A DNA stretch of 64,000 bases from Pseudomonadota bacterium. Lineage in GTDB: Bacteria; Pseudomonadota; Alphaproteobacteria; Caulobacterales; Caulobacteraceae. Within the stretch, counting starts at the first letter, position 1, and each line of letters begins with the position of its first letter. The notes below the pieces were generated by a model, which was not told the DNA's origin, ran no database searches, and saw only the letters and a program-made list of their open reading frames with translations. The stretch lies in the NCBI GenBank assembly GCA_023432855.1, contig JAEZEZ010000019.1, forward strand, positions 2,988 to 66,987, in the 5' to 3' direction. This document shows positions 16,468-25,884 of the stretch, one piece after another. Position numbers and translations under genes: made by a program.

Positions 16468-16878
16468 ATGCGCACCCAGGTCTCAGGCATCGCCCTCGCC
16501 GCACTGACGGCCGGACTGCTCGGCGGCTGCTCCACCAATGCCCAGAGCCAGGCCGCATCAGCACCGCCGTCCGACCGGCAGTGTTTCCTTGCAAGCCAGG
16601 TCGACGGCTTCACCGCGCCGAGCGATGACCGGGTTTATGTTCGGGTGTCACCCAGACGGGTGTTCGAACTGCAGTTGCTTGGAGCCTGTCCGAATATCGA
16701 CTGGACCTATCGCATTGGCCTTCGAGCGCGCGGCGGCGGCTTCATTTGCACGGGCATGGACGCGGAGCTGATCGTCCCGGACGAAATGATGGGCGGCCCC
16801 CACCGCTGCATGGTGCGGGCGGTTCGCCAGCTCAGCCCTGCGGAGGTCGAGGCCCTCCCCGACCGGTCGCGGCCCTAG
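16468..16878 (+). CDS. small lipoprotein of unknown function (DUF6491-like)
   Basis: MRTQVSGIALAALTAGLLGGC lipobox. Conserved-looking Cys pattern (C.L...V.GF, GACP, C.G). The family name is from memory and is tentative. Confidence 0.55.
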   Translation: MRTQVSGIALAALTAGLLGGCSTNAQSQAASAPPSDRQCFLASQVDGFTAPSDDRVYVRVSPRRVFELQLLGACPNIDWTYRIGLRARGGGFICTGMDAELIVPDEMMGGPHRCMVRAVRQLSPAEVEALPDRSRP

Positions 16879-16881
16879 CTG

Positions 16882-18282
16882 TTACCCGGACCGTTGGGCC
16901 AGGCGGCTCTTGCGCATGCCGTACAGGAAGTAGGCGATCAGGCCGACGACATTCCAGGCCAGGAAAAGCACCTGGGTGTCCCGGGGCAGGCTGGCGAACA
17001 GGTAGAGGCAGCCGCCAAGAGCCACCAACCCGACTATCCACCCGAGCGGAGCCTTGAAGACCCGGGGACGGGCCTTCTCCTGCACACGCAGGACGAGGAG
17101 GCACACCGCGACGGCTGCGAAGGCGGCCAAGGTGCCCGCGTTCGCCAGGGCCGCCGCCTTGTCGATCGGCAGGAAACCCGCGAGCACAGCCAGGACAACC
17201 GCGGTCACCATGGTCATGAGGACCGGCGTTCTGGTCCGGGCGTTCACCTTGCTGAGCGCGCGCGGAAGCAGGCCGTCCCGCGCCATGACGAAGAAGATGC
17301 GGCTCTGGCCATAAAGGAAGGCCAGCAAGACCGTCGGAAGCGCAATAACGACCGCCGCGGCTATCAGCCGGGCCGCGCCGGGTGACTGGACCTCCCGCAG
17401 GATGACGGCCAGGGCTTCCGGGCTGTTGGCGAACGTCTGGAACGGAACAGCCCCGACGGCCACGGCCGCCACCACGATATAGATGGCGGTGCAGAGGATC
17501 ATTGAGCCCACGATGCCGATGGGTAGATCGCGGCCCGGGTTCTTGGTTTCCTCCGCAGCCGTGGAGATGGCGTCAAAGCCGTAGAAGGCAAAGAAGATGA
17601 TGGCGGCGGCCGCCATGACACCCGTCGGCTGCAGCGGCCCGCCGAAGCCGTAGGGCATGAACGGGTCGAAGCGGGACGGGTCGAAATGGGGGCCCGCCAC
17701 GGCCACGAAGAGACCGAGAGCCGCCAGTTTCACGAGCACCAGCACGATGTTGACGGTTGCGCTTTCGCGGGTGCCCAACATCAGCAAGCCGGCGACTACG
17801 AAGATGATCAGGATGGCCGGCAGATTGACCAGGCCTCCGGCCATCGGTCCTGCCAGCAGCTGCGCGGGTATGCCCATGCCTTCGGCGAAGGGCGCTGCGT
17901 ATCCTGACCAGCCAATCGCTACCGCCGTCACGACAAGCGAGTATTCGAGGATCAGGCTCCAGCCAATAATCCAGCCGACCAGTTCTCCAAGCACCGTATA
18001 ACTGTAAGTGTAAGCGCTTCCTGCTGCGGGAATGAGGGTCGAGACCTCCGCATAGCAGAGCGCCGCGCAGGCGCACACGACACCCACGATAGCAAAGGAC
18101 AGGAGCACGCCGGGACCGGCAAGGTTCACGCCGGTGCCGATGAGGACGAAGACTCCGGCGCCGATGATCGCGCCGACGCCGAGCGCGACGAGATGGGGCC
18201 AACTCAGCGTTCGGCCGAGCTTGTGATCGTCGTCGATCGATTCTTCATCGCCGATCGGCTTGCGGCGGCCCCAGAACGCCAT
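16882..18282 (-). CDS. APC-superfamily amino acid permease (cationic amino acid transporter-like)
   Basis: 466 aa with about 12 TM segments. The N-terminal LGRTLSWPHLVALGVGAIIGAGVFVLIG motif is typical of APC permeases. Confidence 0.85.
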   Translation of the reverse strand: MAFWGRRKPIGDEESIDDDHKLGRTLSWPHLVALGVGAIIGAGVFVLIGTGVNLAGPGVLLSFAIVGVVCACAALCYAEVSTLIPAAGSAYTYSYTVLGELVGWIIGWSLILEYSLVVTAVAIGWSGYAAPFAEGMGIPAQLLAGPMAGGLVNLPAILIIFVVAGLLMLGTRESATVNIVLVLVKLAALGLFVAVAGPHFDPSRFDPFMPYGFGGPLQPTGVMAAAAIIFFAFYGFDAISTAAEETKNPGRDLPIGIVGSMILCTAIYIVVAAVAVGAVPFQTFANSPEALAVILREVQSPGAARLIAAAVVIALPTVLLAFLYGQSRIFFVMARDGLLPRALSKVNARTRTPVLMTMVTAVVLAVLAGFLPIDKAAALANAGTLAAFAAVAVCLLVLRVQEKARPRVFKAPLGWIVGLVALGGCLYLFASLPRDTQVLFLAWNVVGLIAYFLYGMRKSRLAQRSG

Positions 18283-18412
18283 GACTTCCCCCAGGCATCT
18301 TGCTTTGGCGCGACCTTATGCGTGTTCTCTGCCGGGCGATACCCGAGGAAAAGCGTAGTGAAGCAGCTTCACCGAAACCCTCTCTCGGCTTAAAGCGCAT
18401 CCGGAGAAATTC

Positions 18413-19471
18413 ATGACGCAGCTGACGCCGGAAGAGATTCACAAGCGGGCCCGCGAAGGGGACCACGACGCCCAGTTCGCTCTGGCGCGACTGTTCGACC
18501 GCGAGGGCCGGCACGACGTCGCGATCGGATGGTTGCAGAAGGCGGCCGATGCAGGCCACGCCCTGTCAGCCACCTATCTCGGCATGCGATTCCTTACGGC
18601 CCAGGCGGCCCCCTTCGCACCCGTCGACGGCGCGCGCCTGATCTTCAAGGGCGCCGAAGCGGGGAATCCCGAGGCAGCCGGGCGCGCAGCGGTGCTCACA
18701 GCCGCAGGGGTCGGGCGGCCTCAGGACTGGCGAGGGGCCCTGGCCTGGCTGACCCGGGCCATCAAGGGCGGCTATGCCGGATCACAGGCGCAGATGGACG
18801 TTCTCGAGACCGAGGCGCGCTTCCACGGCAGGCCTCTGGACCTCAAGAAGCTCGTCGCTTCGCCTCGGGTCGAGACGGTCCGCGAGGATCCGCGAATTCA
18901 GGTGGTGAAGGGCTTCGCCTCACCAGAAGCCTGCGACTGGATCGCCGAGCGCTCAAAGCCCAGGCTCGAGCCCGCCCGGACCTATAACGCCCTCAAAGGC
19001 GGACGCGACTACAACGATATCCGGACCAACACGGGGACGGCGTTCGGCCTCTGGAACACCGATCTCGTCGTGCTGCTGATGCGCGCTCGCATCGCCGCCG
19101 CGAGCGGTCTGGCGCTCAACCGCTTCGAGCCGGTGAACATCCTTCACTACGACCCGGGCCAACAGTTCGAACCCCACTACGACTGGATCGACCCGGAGGT
19201 CGAGCATTTCGCAGCGGATCTCGCCGCGCGAGGACAACGCACGGCAACCGCCCTGCTTTATCTCAACGACGGATACGATGGCGGAGAGACCGATTTCCCG
19301 AGGCTCGGCTACAACCATAAGGGCCGGAAGGGAGACCTCCTGATCTTCTTCAACATCGATGGAGAAGGGCGGCCCGATCCGCGAACGCTTCACGCCGGCA
19401 CGCCGCCCACCAGCGGCGAGAAGTGGGTGCTGTCGCAGTGGATCCGCGACAAGGAACAGCCTGTGATCTAG
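18413..19471 (+). CDS. Sel1-repeat + 2OG-Fe(II) oxygenase (prolyl 4-hydroxylase-like) fusion protein
   Basis: N-terminal Sel1-like repeats (DAQFALARLFDREGRHDVAIGWLQKAADAGH). C-terminal P4Hc pattern HYDW.D ... TALLYLND.YDGGETDFP ... LHAGTPP..GEKWVLSQW. Confidence 0.8.
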   Translation: MTQLTPEEIHKRAREGDHDAQFALARLFDREGRHDVAIGWLQKAADAGHALSATYLGMRFLTAQAAPFAPVDGARLIFKGAEAGNPEAAGRAAVLTAAGVGRPQDWRGALAWLTRAIKGGYAGSQAQMDVLETEARFHGRPLDLKKLVASPRVETVREDPRIQVVKGFASPEACDWIAERSKPRLEPARTYNALKGGRDYNDIRTNTGTAFGLWNTDLVVLLMRARIAAASGLALNRFEPVNILHYDPGQQFEPHYDWIDPEVEHFAADLAARGQRTATALLYLNDGYDGGETDFPRLGYNHKGRKGDLLIFFNIDGEGRPDPRTLHAGTPPTSGEKWVLSQWIRDKEQPVI

Positions 19472-20958
19472 CGGTAGATCGCGCGCACGTCCCTTCGCAT
19501 GGCCGCGCGGCTGTCAGGCCGGCTGTAGAACATGTGGCCCCCCGGATAGACGGCCAGCCGAACCTGGTCGGCGCCGGCCATCACCGGGATCTGGTCGATC
19601 ACCAGACGGCTGGCGAAGTACGGCGTCTGGATATCGGTGAAACCGTGGACGATGAGCACCTGCATCTTCGGGTCCAGCGCCACGGACTGGCGAAGGGCCG
19701 TGGTGGACTCGGCGGTGGGGTCACGGTCCCAGAGCCGGCCGACTTCGCCGCTCAGCGCATGGTAGGCGCCCTCGGCCTTCCAGCCGATCACTCTGGTGAC
19801 ATAGTCGACCTGGGCCGACGTGGTCGGGGCGATGATGGCGTCCAGAATGGGATCTCCCGCCCGTGTGCTCGGCGACCAGGGAAATGGGTCAAAGGCGGAC
19901 ACGTTGACGTCGTAGCGGCTGGAGATGCGCCCCTCGGCGCGCTGGAATTCGCGGGCGAAGGTCGGCAGATCGACCCGCCCGCCCAGCCGACGAACCAGAG
20001 CCGGATCCAGCCCCGTATACCGGGACACCCGCTCCACGATCCGCTCCACCGCCGCGGGGTCGCGGGCGCCTCGCAGGAGGTCCACCATAAACTCGGTACG
20101 GGCGTACTCCTCCACGTCCGCCATGTCCGCGGCGGTGAGCAGGCGGCCGTCACGTTCCCGGCGGGCGGCGGCCATCGAGGGCAACGTCGAGACCCAGGGC
20201 AAGGGAGAGATGTCGCGGCCGCCGGGGAAGAAGTAATCCAGCCGCGGCGAAACCAGGGTCATTCCCCACACACCGACACCGAGTTCCGTCTGTAGTTCAT
20301 AGGCGATGCGCGGCAGCCGAAAGCCGCCGTAGCTTTCGCCCACGAGATACTTGGGAGACCCCATCCGACCGTTCTTAAGCAACCAGTCGTAGACCGAGCG
20401 TGACAGGTACTCGATGTCCTGGTTGGTGCCGTAGAAGAGCTTCTTCGCCTTCTCCTCGGTCACGTAAGAACGGGAAAAGCCGGTCCCGACGGGGTCGATG
20501 AAGACCAGATCGGTGAATTCAAGCCAGGTATCAGGGTTGTCCACGACGCGGGCGGCGGACGACGGGAAATCACCCTGGGCGCCGAAAGGGACCATCTTCG
20601 GACCGATCAGTCCCAGGTTCAGATAGACGGATGCGGCTCCGGGCCCGCCATTGAAGGCGAAGGTGACCGGGCGATCCAGGCGGTCTGGCGAGTCGAGAAG
20701 GAAGGCCGTGTAGGCCACCTCGCCGAGAACCTCCCCCGAAGCGTCGACGACAGGGATGGCGCCTGCGGAGGCGACATAATTCAGAGTGCGTCCGCCGAGC
20801 CTGATGGACTGCTTGACGCTGGCCGGCGCCGACAGCCGCTGAGCCGCGGGCTTCACTGCGGCGGCAGGCGAGGCCTCCCCTTGCCAGGCTAGAGCGGCGC
20901 AGGGGGCGAGGGCAACCAGAGCAGCCATGGCCAGCGAGCGGACGCGTTGGAAGATCAT
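19468..20958 (-). CDS. S10 family serine carboxypeptidase-like secreted peptidase
   Basis: The start at ATG 20956-20958 gives signal peptide MIFQRVRSLAMAALVALAPCAALA. Motifs FNGGPGAAS and the active-site GESYGG are present. Confidence 0.8.
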   Translation of the reverse strand: MIFQRVRSLAMAALVALAPCAALAWQGEASPAAAVKPAAQRLSAPASVKQSIRLGGRTLNYVASAGAIPVVDASGEVLGEVAYTAFLLDSPDRLDRPVTFAFNGGPGAASVYLNLGLIGPKMVPFGAQGDFPSSAARVVDNPDTWLEFTDLVFIDPVGTGFSRSYVTEEKAKKLFYGTNQDIEYLSRSVYDWLLKNGRMGSPKYLVGESYGGFRLPRIAYELQTELGVGVWGMTLVSPRLDYFFPGGRDISPLPWVSTLPSMAAARRERDGRLLTAADMADVEEYARTEFMVDLLRGARDPAAVERIVERVSRYTGLDPALVRRLGGRVDLPTFAREFQRAEGRISSRYDVNVSAFDPFPWSPSTRAGDPILDAIIAPTTSAQVDYVTRVIGWKAEGAYHALSGEVGRLWDRDPTAESTTALRQSVALDPKMQVLIVHGFTDIQTPYFASRLVIDQIPVMAGADQVRLAVYPGGHMFYSRPDSRAAMRRDVRAIYR

Positions 20959-21036
20959 GACCTGAGGCCTGCCATTGTTGGTTACGTGCCGGGACCATAA
21001 GCCGGTCGGTCGCCAGCGGCCAAGACCACCGAGCCT

Positions 21037-21819
21037 ATGGACCTGCGCCATTCGAATGCCCCATATGCGCCTGCGATGACCGGGCCTAATGACGCTCTCG
21101 CAGACGCTGTCGCGCGGCTGTCGCCTCGCGAGCGGGAATGCCTGCGCCTGGTTGGCCAGCACCTTCGCTCGAAGGAAATCGGGCGCCGCCTGGGCATCTC
21201 TGCTCACACCGTTGACTGGCACGTGAGCGAAGCCCGGCGACGGCTGGGAGCCGCTGATCGGCGGGAAGCTGCGCTCATGCTGCTCGCGGTAGAATCCCAG
21301 CCATCCCCCTCAATGATTGAGGGGGATGGAGCTTCGCGGGTTCCTCCCACTCCGGACGGATGGTCCGCTTTCCCTGAGAAGGGGATGCGTCATGTTGAGA
21401 GTAGTCCAGACCGCCAGCGCCGGCGAAGACACGACACCGGAGGAGGCCCTGGCCGCCCCGGCGTTCACGTGGGAGGAGTTGGAAGAAGCGCTGACGGCGA
21501 TCGCCGCGAGCGCACAGCAACGCGAGATGACGCCGGCATTGGTCGCCGCGACACGGCGGCGGGCTCCGAGCCTTCCACGCTCTCAGGCCTTGCGGGAGAT
21601 ATTGTCGCTGGCCTGGGTGATCGCGGACGAGTCGGTTCCAGCGACCGAGGCAGGCGCCTAGATCCGGGACGGCGACTGCTGCTGATCCTGGTTCTCGCGG
21701 TGGTGATTGGCGTGCTGTCGCTGGGGGTCGTGGCGGCGTCTCTCGGATTCGCGTCGGCGATCCAGTCAGCCTTGCCCCGCGATCCATCGCCGCCACGTTC
21801 CAGCTCGCCCGCGCCCTGA
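21037..21819 (+). CDS. LuxR-family HTH protein with possible C-terminal TM anchor; boundaries and frame are uncertain after about 21330
   Basis: The N-terminal LSPRERECLRLVGQHLRSKEIGRRLGISAHTVDWHVSEARRRLG is a clear LuxR/GerE HTH. The middle 150 codons are Arg/Gly/Asp-rich with poor third-position GC. The end encodes a good TM segment (LLLILVLAVVIGVLSLGVVAASLGF). See the finding on the embedded ORF. Confidence 0.5.
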   Translation: MDLRHSNAPYAPAMTGPNDALADAVARLSPRERECLRLVGQHLRSKEIGRRLGISAHTVDWHVSEARRRLGAADRREAALMLLAVESQPSPSMIEGDGASRVPPTPDGWSAFPEKGMRHVESSPDRQRRRRHDTGGGPGRPGVHVGGVGRSADGDRRERTATRDDAGIGRRDTAAGSEPSTLSGLAGDIVAGLGDRGRVGSSDRGRRLDPGRRLLLILVLAVVIGVLSLGVVAASLGFASAIQSALPRDPSPPRSSSPAP

Positions 21820-21860
21820 AGGCGCACGCACGCCCGCCGAGGGGAAGGAGCTGACAAGAC

Positions 21861-22604
21861 TTGGCTCAGGTGATCGCTCCAGACCTTGTCATCATCGCCG
21901 CCATGGGCGCCTGGGGCGTACTCGCGTTCTGGCGCGGATCCTGGCGAGAGCGGCTTTTCGCCGTCCTGTGGCCCCTCGCCTACTGGGGGGTTCGGCTGAT
22001 GCTCGGGGGCGGTCCGTCCGACGGCGTCGTGGATCCAGGCGAGGCGGTTCTTGTGACGGGAATGATCGTCAGCGCCGGATTAGCCCTCGGCGCCGGCCGG
22101 CTGCCCGAGATCGTACTGGTTCTTGCCTGGCCGGTGATCTGGGTTCTCGCGCAGGTGCATCAGCCCGGCGCGACGCTAACTCTCGTGGCGTTCTTGTTGG
22201 CCGGATCTTACGCCGTGTGGCGGGGAGGAAACCCAGAGCGGTTCATCGCCCTCGCCATGTCTATCGGCGGCGCGGCGGCTCGCATGGTTCAGAGCTACGA
22301 TTTCAGTCGTCCGCAGTACGGAATGTTCGCGGTCGATCTGGTTTTTCTGGCGGTGCTGCTTCCGCTTGCCATGTTCAGCAATCGCAAGTGGCTGCTTCCA
22401 TGCGCGGCGCTTCAGCTGCTGATCATCGGAGCTCACGTCGCCATGATCCTTGACCCCCGCATCCGGAGCTATGCCTATCTTACCGCCGTAATGGTCTGGT
22501 TCTGGTGCCAGATGCTCACCCTCGTTCTGGGCGTCTTCTTCGAAGCCGAGAGGGAACGGCGGCGGCTCCGCGCCGTCAGTGGAAATCCCGCGACTTCGGG
22601 ATGA
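21861..22604 (+). CDS. polytopic membrane protein of unknown function
   Basis: 247 aa with about 7 hydrophobic segments and a TTG start in the track. It is convergent with dnaE2 and overlaps it by 29 nt. Confidence 0.55.
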   Translation: MAQVIAPDLVIIAAMGAWGVLAFWRGSWRERLFAVLWPLAYWGVRLMLGGGPSDGVVDPGEAVLVTGMIVSAGLALGAGRLPEIVLVLAWPVIWVLAQVHQPGATLTLVAFLLAGSYAVWRGGNPERFIALAMSIGGAAARMVQSYDFSRPQYGMFAVDLVFLAVLLPLAMFSNRKWLLPCAALQLLIIGAHVAMILDPRIRSYAYLTAVMVWFWCQMLTLVLGVFFEAERERRRLRAVSGNPATSG

Positions 22605-25600
22605 CACGGACATCGCGGGGATGCCGCCCTCCCGGAGCTGCGTTCCTGGCGGGATCGGCCGCGGACAGGAGATCCAGGTCAGCGGTAAGATCCTCGATCG
22701 ACTGAGCGACCAGGTGGATGACCGGATGTTCCGGGGCGTCGTCGGCCCGCTGAACGTAGCCCCGCACCAGTACAAGCCTGGCGCCCATGACGACCGGCCG
22801 GAACTGATCGAACACCTTTGGCCAGACCACCACGTTGGCCACCCCGGTCTCATCCTCGATCGTCATGAAGACGACCCCCTTGGATGAACCTGGCCTTTGG
22901 CGGACCAGCACGACCCCGGCCACCGCCGCTCGTCGCTTGTCCCTGATCTCTTCCATTTCGCGCGCAGCGATCGCCCCCAGGCCCCGCATCCGCTCGCGCA
23001 GGAAACGCATCGGGTGGTCCTTCAGCGAAAGCCGGATGGTCTGGTAGTCGGCGACAACCTCCTCCGACACCGGTGAAGTCGGCAAGTGGGCGAACCCGGT
23101 CGGATCGCCCTCATCCAGACCGGCGGCTTCGAAAAGCGGGGCGGCGGTCTTCGCCCGGGGCAGCCCCTTTGCGTTCCACAGCCCGGTCCGACGGTTCTGC
23201 TTCAGCGAACCAAGCGCGTCGGCCTCGGCCAAGGCATCGATAGCCTCGGGGGGCAGGGCGGCGCGCGAGCGAAGCTGGTCGATGCTCTCGAAGGGCCCAT
23301 CCGCGGCCCGCGCGGCGCACAACGCCTCAGCCCAGGCCTGGCGAAATCCTCCGATCTGGCGAAGACCCAGCCGGACGACGCGCCGTCGACGTCCGGGCCT
23401 TGGCTGCAGAGTGCAGTCCCACTCGCTCTCGTTGACGTCGGGGTGACGCACCTCGACTCCGTGACCGCGGGCGTCACGCACGATCTGGGCCGGAGCGTAG
23501 AATCCCATCGGCTGGCTGTTGAGCAGGCCTGCGGCGAAGACCTCGGGGAAGACGCATTTCAGCCAGGACGAGACATAGACCAGCTGGGCGAAGGCCGCGG
23601 CATGGCTTTCAGGAAAACCATACTCGCCGAAGCCCTTGATCTGGTTGAAGCAGTTCCTCGCGAACTCGGGATCGTAACCACGAGCGATCATGCGTCCGAC
23701 GAGCTTCTCCTCGTAGGTGGAAATAGTCCCCACATGCCGGAAGGTGGCCATGGCGCGCCGCAGGCCGTTGGCCTCGTCGCCCGTGAATTTCGCGGCCTCC
23801 ATCGCGATACGCATGGCCTGCTCCTGGAACAGGGGCACGCCCAGCGTCTTGTGCAACACCTTGCGCAGTTCATCCGGCTCGCCGTGTTCCGGCGCCGGCT
23901 TCGGGTAGTCGATATCGAAAGGGCGCTGGTCCGCCGCAGCCTCACGTCGAAGCCGGCGCTGGGTCAGATAGGGGTGGACCATGTCTCCCTGGATCGGCCC
24001 GGGGCGTACGATCGCGACCTGCACAACCAGATCATAGAAGGTCGTCGGCATCAGCCGGGGCAGCATGGCCATCTGGGCGCGGCTCTCCACCTGGAAAACG
24101 CCCAGGGAATCCGCCTTGCACAGCATCCGGTACACACGCTGACGCTCGCGGGGCACGTTCATCAGATCGAGACGGGGACCGTAGTGACGCGCGATCATGT
24201 CGAAGCTTCGGCGGATAGCGGTCAGCATGCCCAGCGCCAGCACGTCCACCTTCATGATCCTGAGTTCGTCGATGTCGTCCTTGTCCCACTCGATGAAGGT
24301 ACGGTCCTCCATGGCCGCGTTGCCGATGGGGACGGTTTCCACCAGCGGCCCCTGGGTCAGAACGAAGCCGCCGACGTGCTGCGACAGGTGGCGCGGAAAG
24401 CCGATCAGCTGAGACGTGATATCCAGGGCCATGGCCAGCCTGGGGTCTTCACGCTGCACCCCCGTGGCGTCGACATGGCCGTCCTCCAGTTCCGCGCCTC
24501 CCGAGCCCCAGACTGTTCCGGCAAGGGCGGCGGTGACGTCTTCCGTCAGGCCCATCGCCTTGCCGACATCCCGGATCGCTGAACGGGGGCGATAGTGAAT
24601 GACGGTTGCGACAATGGCGGCGCGGTGACGGCCATAGCGCTCGTAGACATACTGCATCACCTGTTCGCGCCGCTCGTGTTCGAAGTCGACGTCGATGTCC
24701 GGAGGCTCCCTCCGCTCTTCCGAAATGAAGCGTTCGAACAGCACGTCCTGTTCGGCCGGATTCACCGAAGTGATCTCGAGGCAGTAACAGACCACCGAAT
24801 TCGCCGCCGAACCGCGCCCCTGACACAGGATGTTTCGGCCGCCGCCGCGAGCCCAGGAGACGATGTCGTGTACGGTCAGGAAGTAGGCCGCGTAGCCTAC
24901 GCGCCGGATCAATCTCAGCTCCTTGACCAGAGTAGCCAGCACCTGGGGCGGCACGCCTTTCGGGAAGCGGTCCCTGGCGCCCTTGAAAGCCAGCCGTATC
25001 AACTGGCGCTGTGGGGTGAAGCCGGGCGGCACAGGCTCGTCCGGATAGACGTAGGACAATTCGTCCAGCGAGAACCTGCAGGCCTCCGCAATCCTCACCG
25101 TATTTGCGAGCGCGTTCTCGAACCCACGAAAAAGGCGCGCCATGGCCGAAGGCGGCTGTAGGTATCGCTCTGCATTGGCCTGCAGCCGCAGCCCGGCCTC
25201 ATCGATGGTCACGCCTTCCCGGATACAGGTCAGCACGTCCTGGAGCGGCCGTCGTTCGTAGTGATGGTAGAGGACAGCGTTGGTAGCCACGAGCGGCGCG
25301 CCTGTTCGTCGGGCGATCTCCGACATTCGGGCCAACCGTGAGCGGTCGTCGCCCCGTCGGAGCGGCGAGACGGCAAGATAGAAGTCACCGGGCCAAGCGG
25401 TCCGCCAGGCCGCGATGCGCCGTTCGAAACCCCCGTCGATCGCCCTCGGCGCCACGGCAAGGGCGATCAGTCCCTCCCCCAATCGCGCCGCCTGGTCGAA
25501 GGTGAGCCGGGTGTCCCCCTTGGCGATCCGCTTTTCTTCCTCGCAGAAAGAGCTAGGGTCCGGCTCCGATGGGGACGCCGAGATGTTGCTCTTGCCCAGC

Positions 25601-25884
25601 GATAACAGGCGGCACAACCGGCCGTAGGCCGCCCGGTCCCGAGGATAGACAATCAGTTCCGCGCCATCGGTAAACTGGAGACGACAGCCAATGAGCAGAC
25701 GCATGCCGAGCTTCTTCGCCTCGACGTGCGCACGCACCACTCCCGCCAAGGTATTGCGATCGGCAACGCCGATGGCCGCCAGACCGAGATGCTGAGCCTG
25801 TCGGACCAGTTCGGCAGGATGGGAGGCGCCTTCCAGGAAGCTGAAGTTTGTCCGGGCATCCAGTTCCGCGTAGGCGAAGCTCAC
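22576..25884 (-). CDS. dnaE2: error-prone DNA polymerase III alpha-like subunit DnaE2 (ImuC)
   Basis: The GTG at 25882-25884 overlaps the imuB TGA stop (GTGA) and gives VSFAYAELDARTNFSFLEGASHPAELV, a PHP-domain start. The protein is about 1100 aa and the gene is third in an imuA-imuB-dnaE2 cassette. Confidence 0.95.
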   Translation of the reverse strand: MSFAYAELDARTNFSFLEGASHPAELVRQAQHLGLAAIGVADRNTLAGVVRAHVEAKKLGMRLLIGCRLQFTDGAELIVYPRDRAAYGRLCRLLSLGKSNISASPSEPDPSSFCEEEKRIAKGDTRLTFDQAARLGEGLIALAVAPRAIDGGFERRIAAWRTAWPGDFYLAVSPLRRGDDRSRLARMSEIARRTGAPLVATNAVLYHHYERRPLQDVLTCIREGVTIDEAGLRLQANAERYLQPPSAMARLFRGFENALANTVRIAEACRFSLDELSYVYPDEPVPPGFTPQRQLIRLAFKGARDRFPKGVPPQVLATLVKELRLIRRVGYAAYFLTVHDIVSWARGGGRNILCQGRGSAANSVVCYCLEITSVNPAEQDVLFERFISEERREPPDIDVDFEHERREQVMQYVYERYGRHRAAIVATVIHYRPRSAIRDVGKAMGLTEDVTAALAGTVWGSGGAELEDGHVDATGVQREDPRLAMALDITSQLIGFPRHLSQHVGGFVLTQGPLVETVPIGNAAMEDRTFIEWDKDDIDELRIMKVDVLALGMLTAIRRSFDMIARHYGPRLDLMNVPRERQRVYRMLCKADSLGVFQVESRAQMAMLPRLMPTTFYDLVVQVAIVRPGPIQGDMVHPYLTQRRLRREAAADQRPFDIDYPKPAPEHGEPDELRKVLHKTLGVPLFQEQAMRIAMEAAKFTGDEANGLRRAMATFRHVGTISTYEEKLVGRMIARGYDPEFARNCFNQIKGFGEYGFPESHAAAFAQLVYVSSWLKCVFPEVFAAGLLNSQPMGFYAPAQIVRDARGHGVEVRHPDVNESEWDCTLQPRPGRRRRVVRLGLRQIGGFRQAWAEALCAARAADGPFESIDQLRSRAALPPEAIDALAEADALGSLKQNRRTGLWNAKGLPRAKTAAPLFEAAGLDEGDPTGFAHLPTSPVSEEVVADYQTIRLSLKDHPMRFLRERMRGLGAIAAREMEEIRDKRRAAVAGVVLVRQRPGSSKGVVFMTIEDETGVANVVVWPKVFDQFRPVVMGARLVLVRGYVQRADDAPEHPVIHLVAQSIEDLTADLDLLSAADPARNAAPGGRHPRDVRVIPKSRDFH

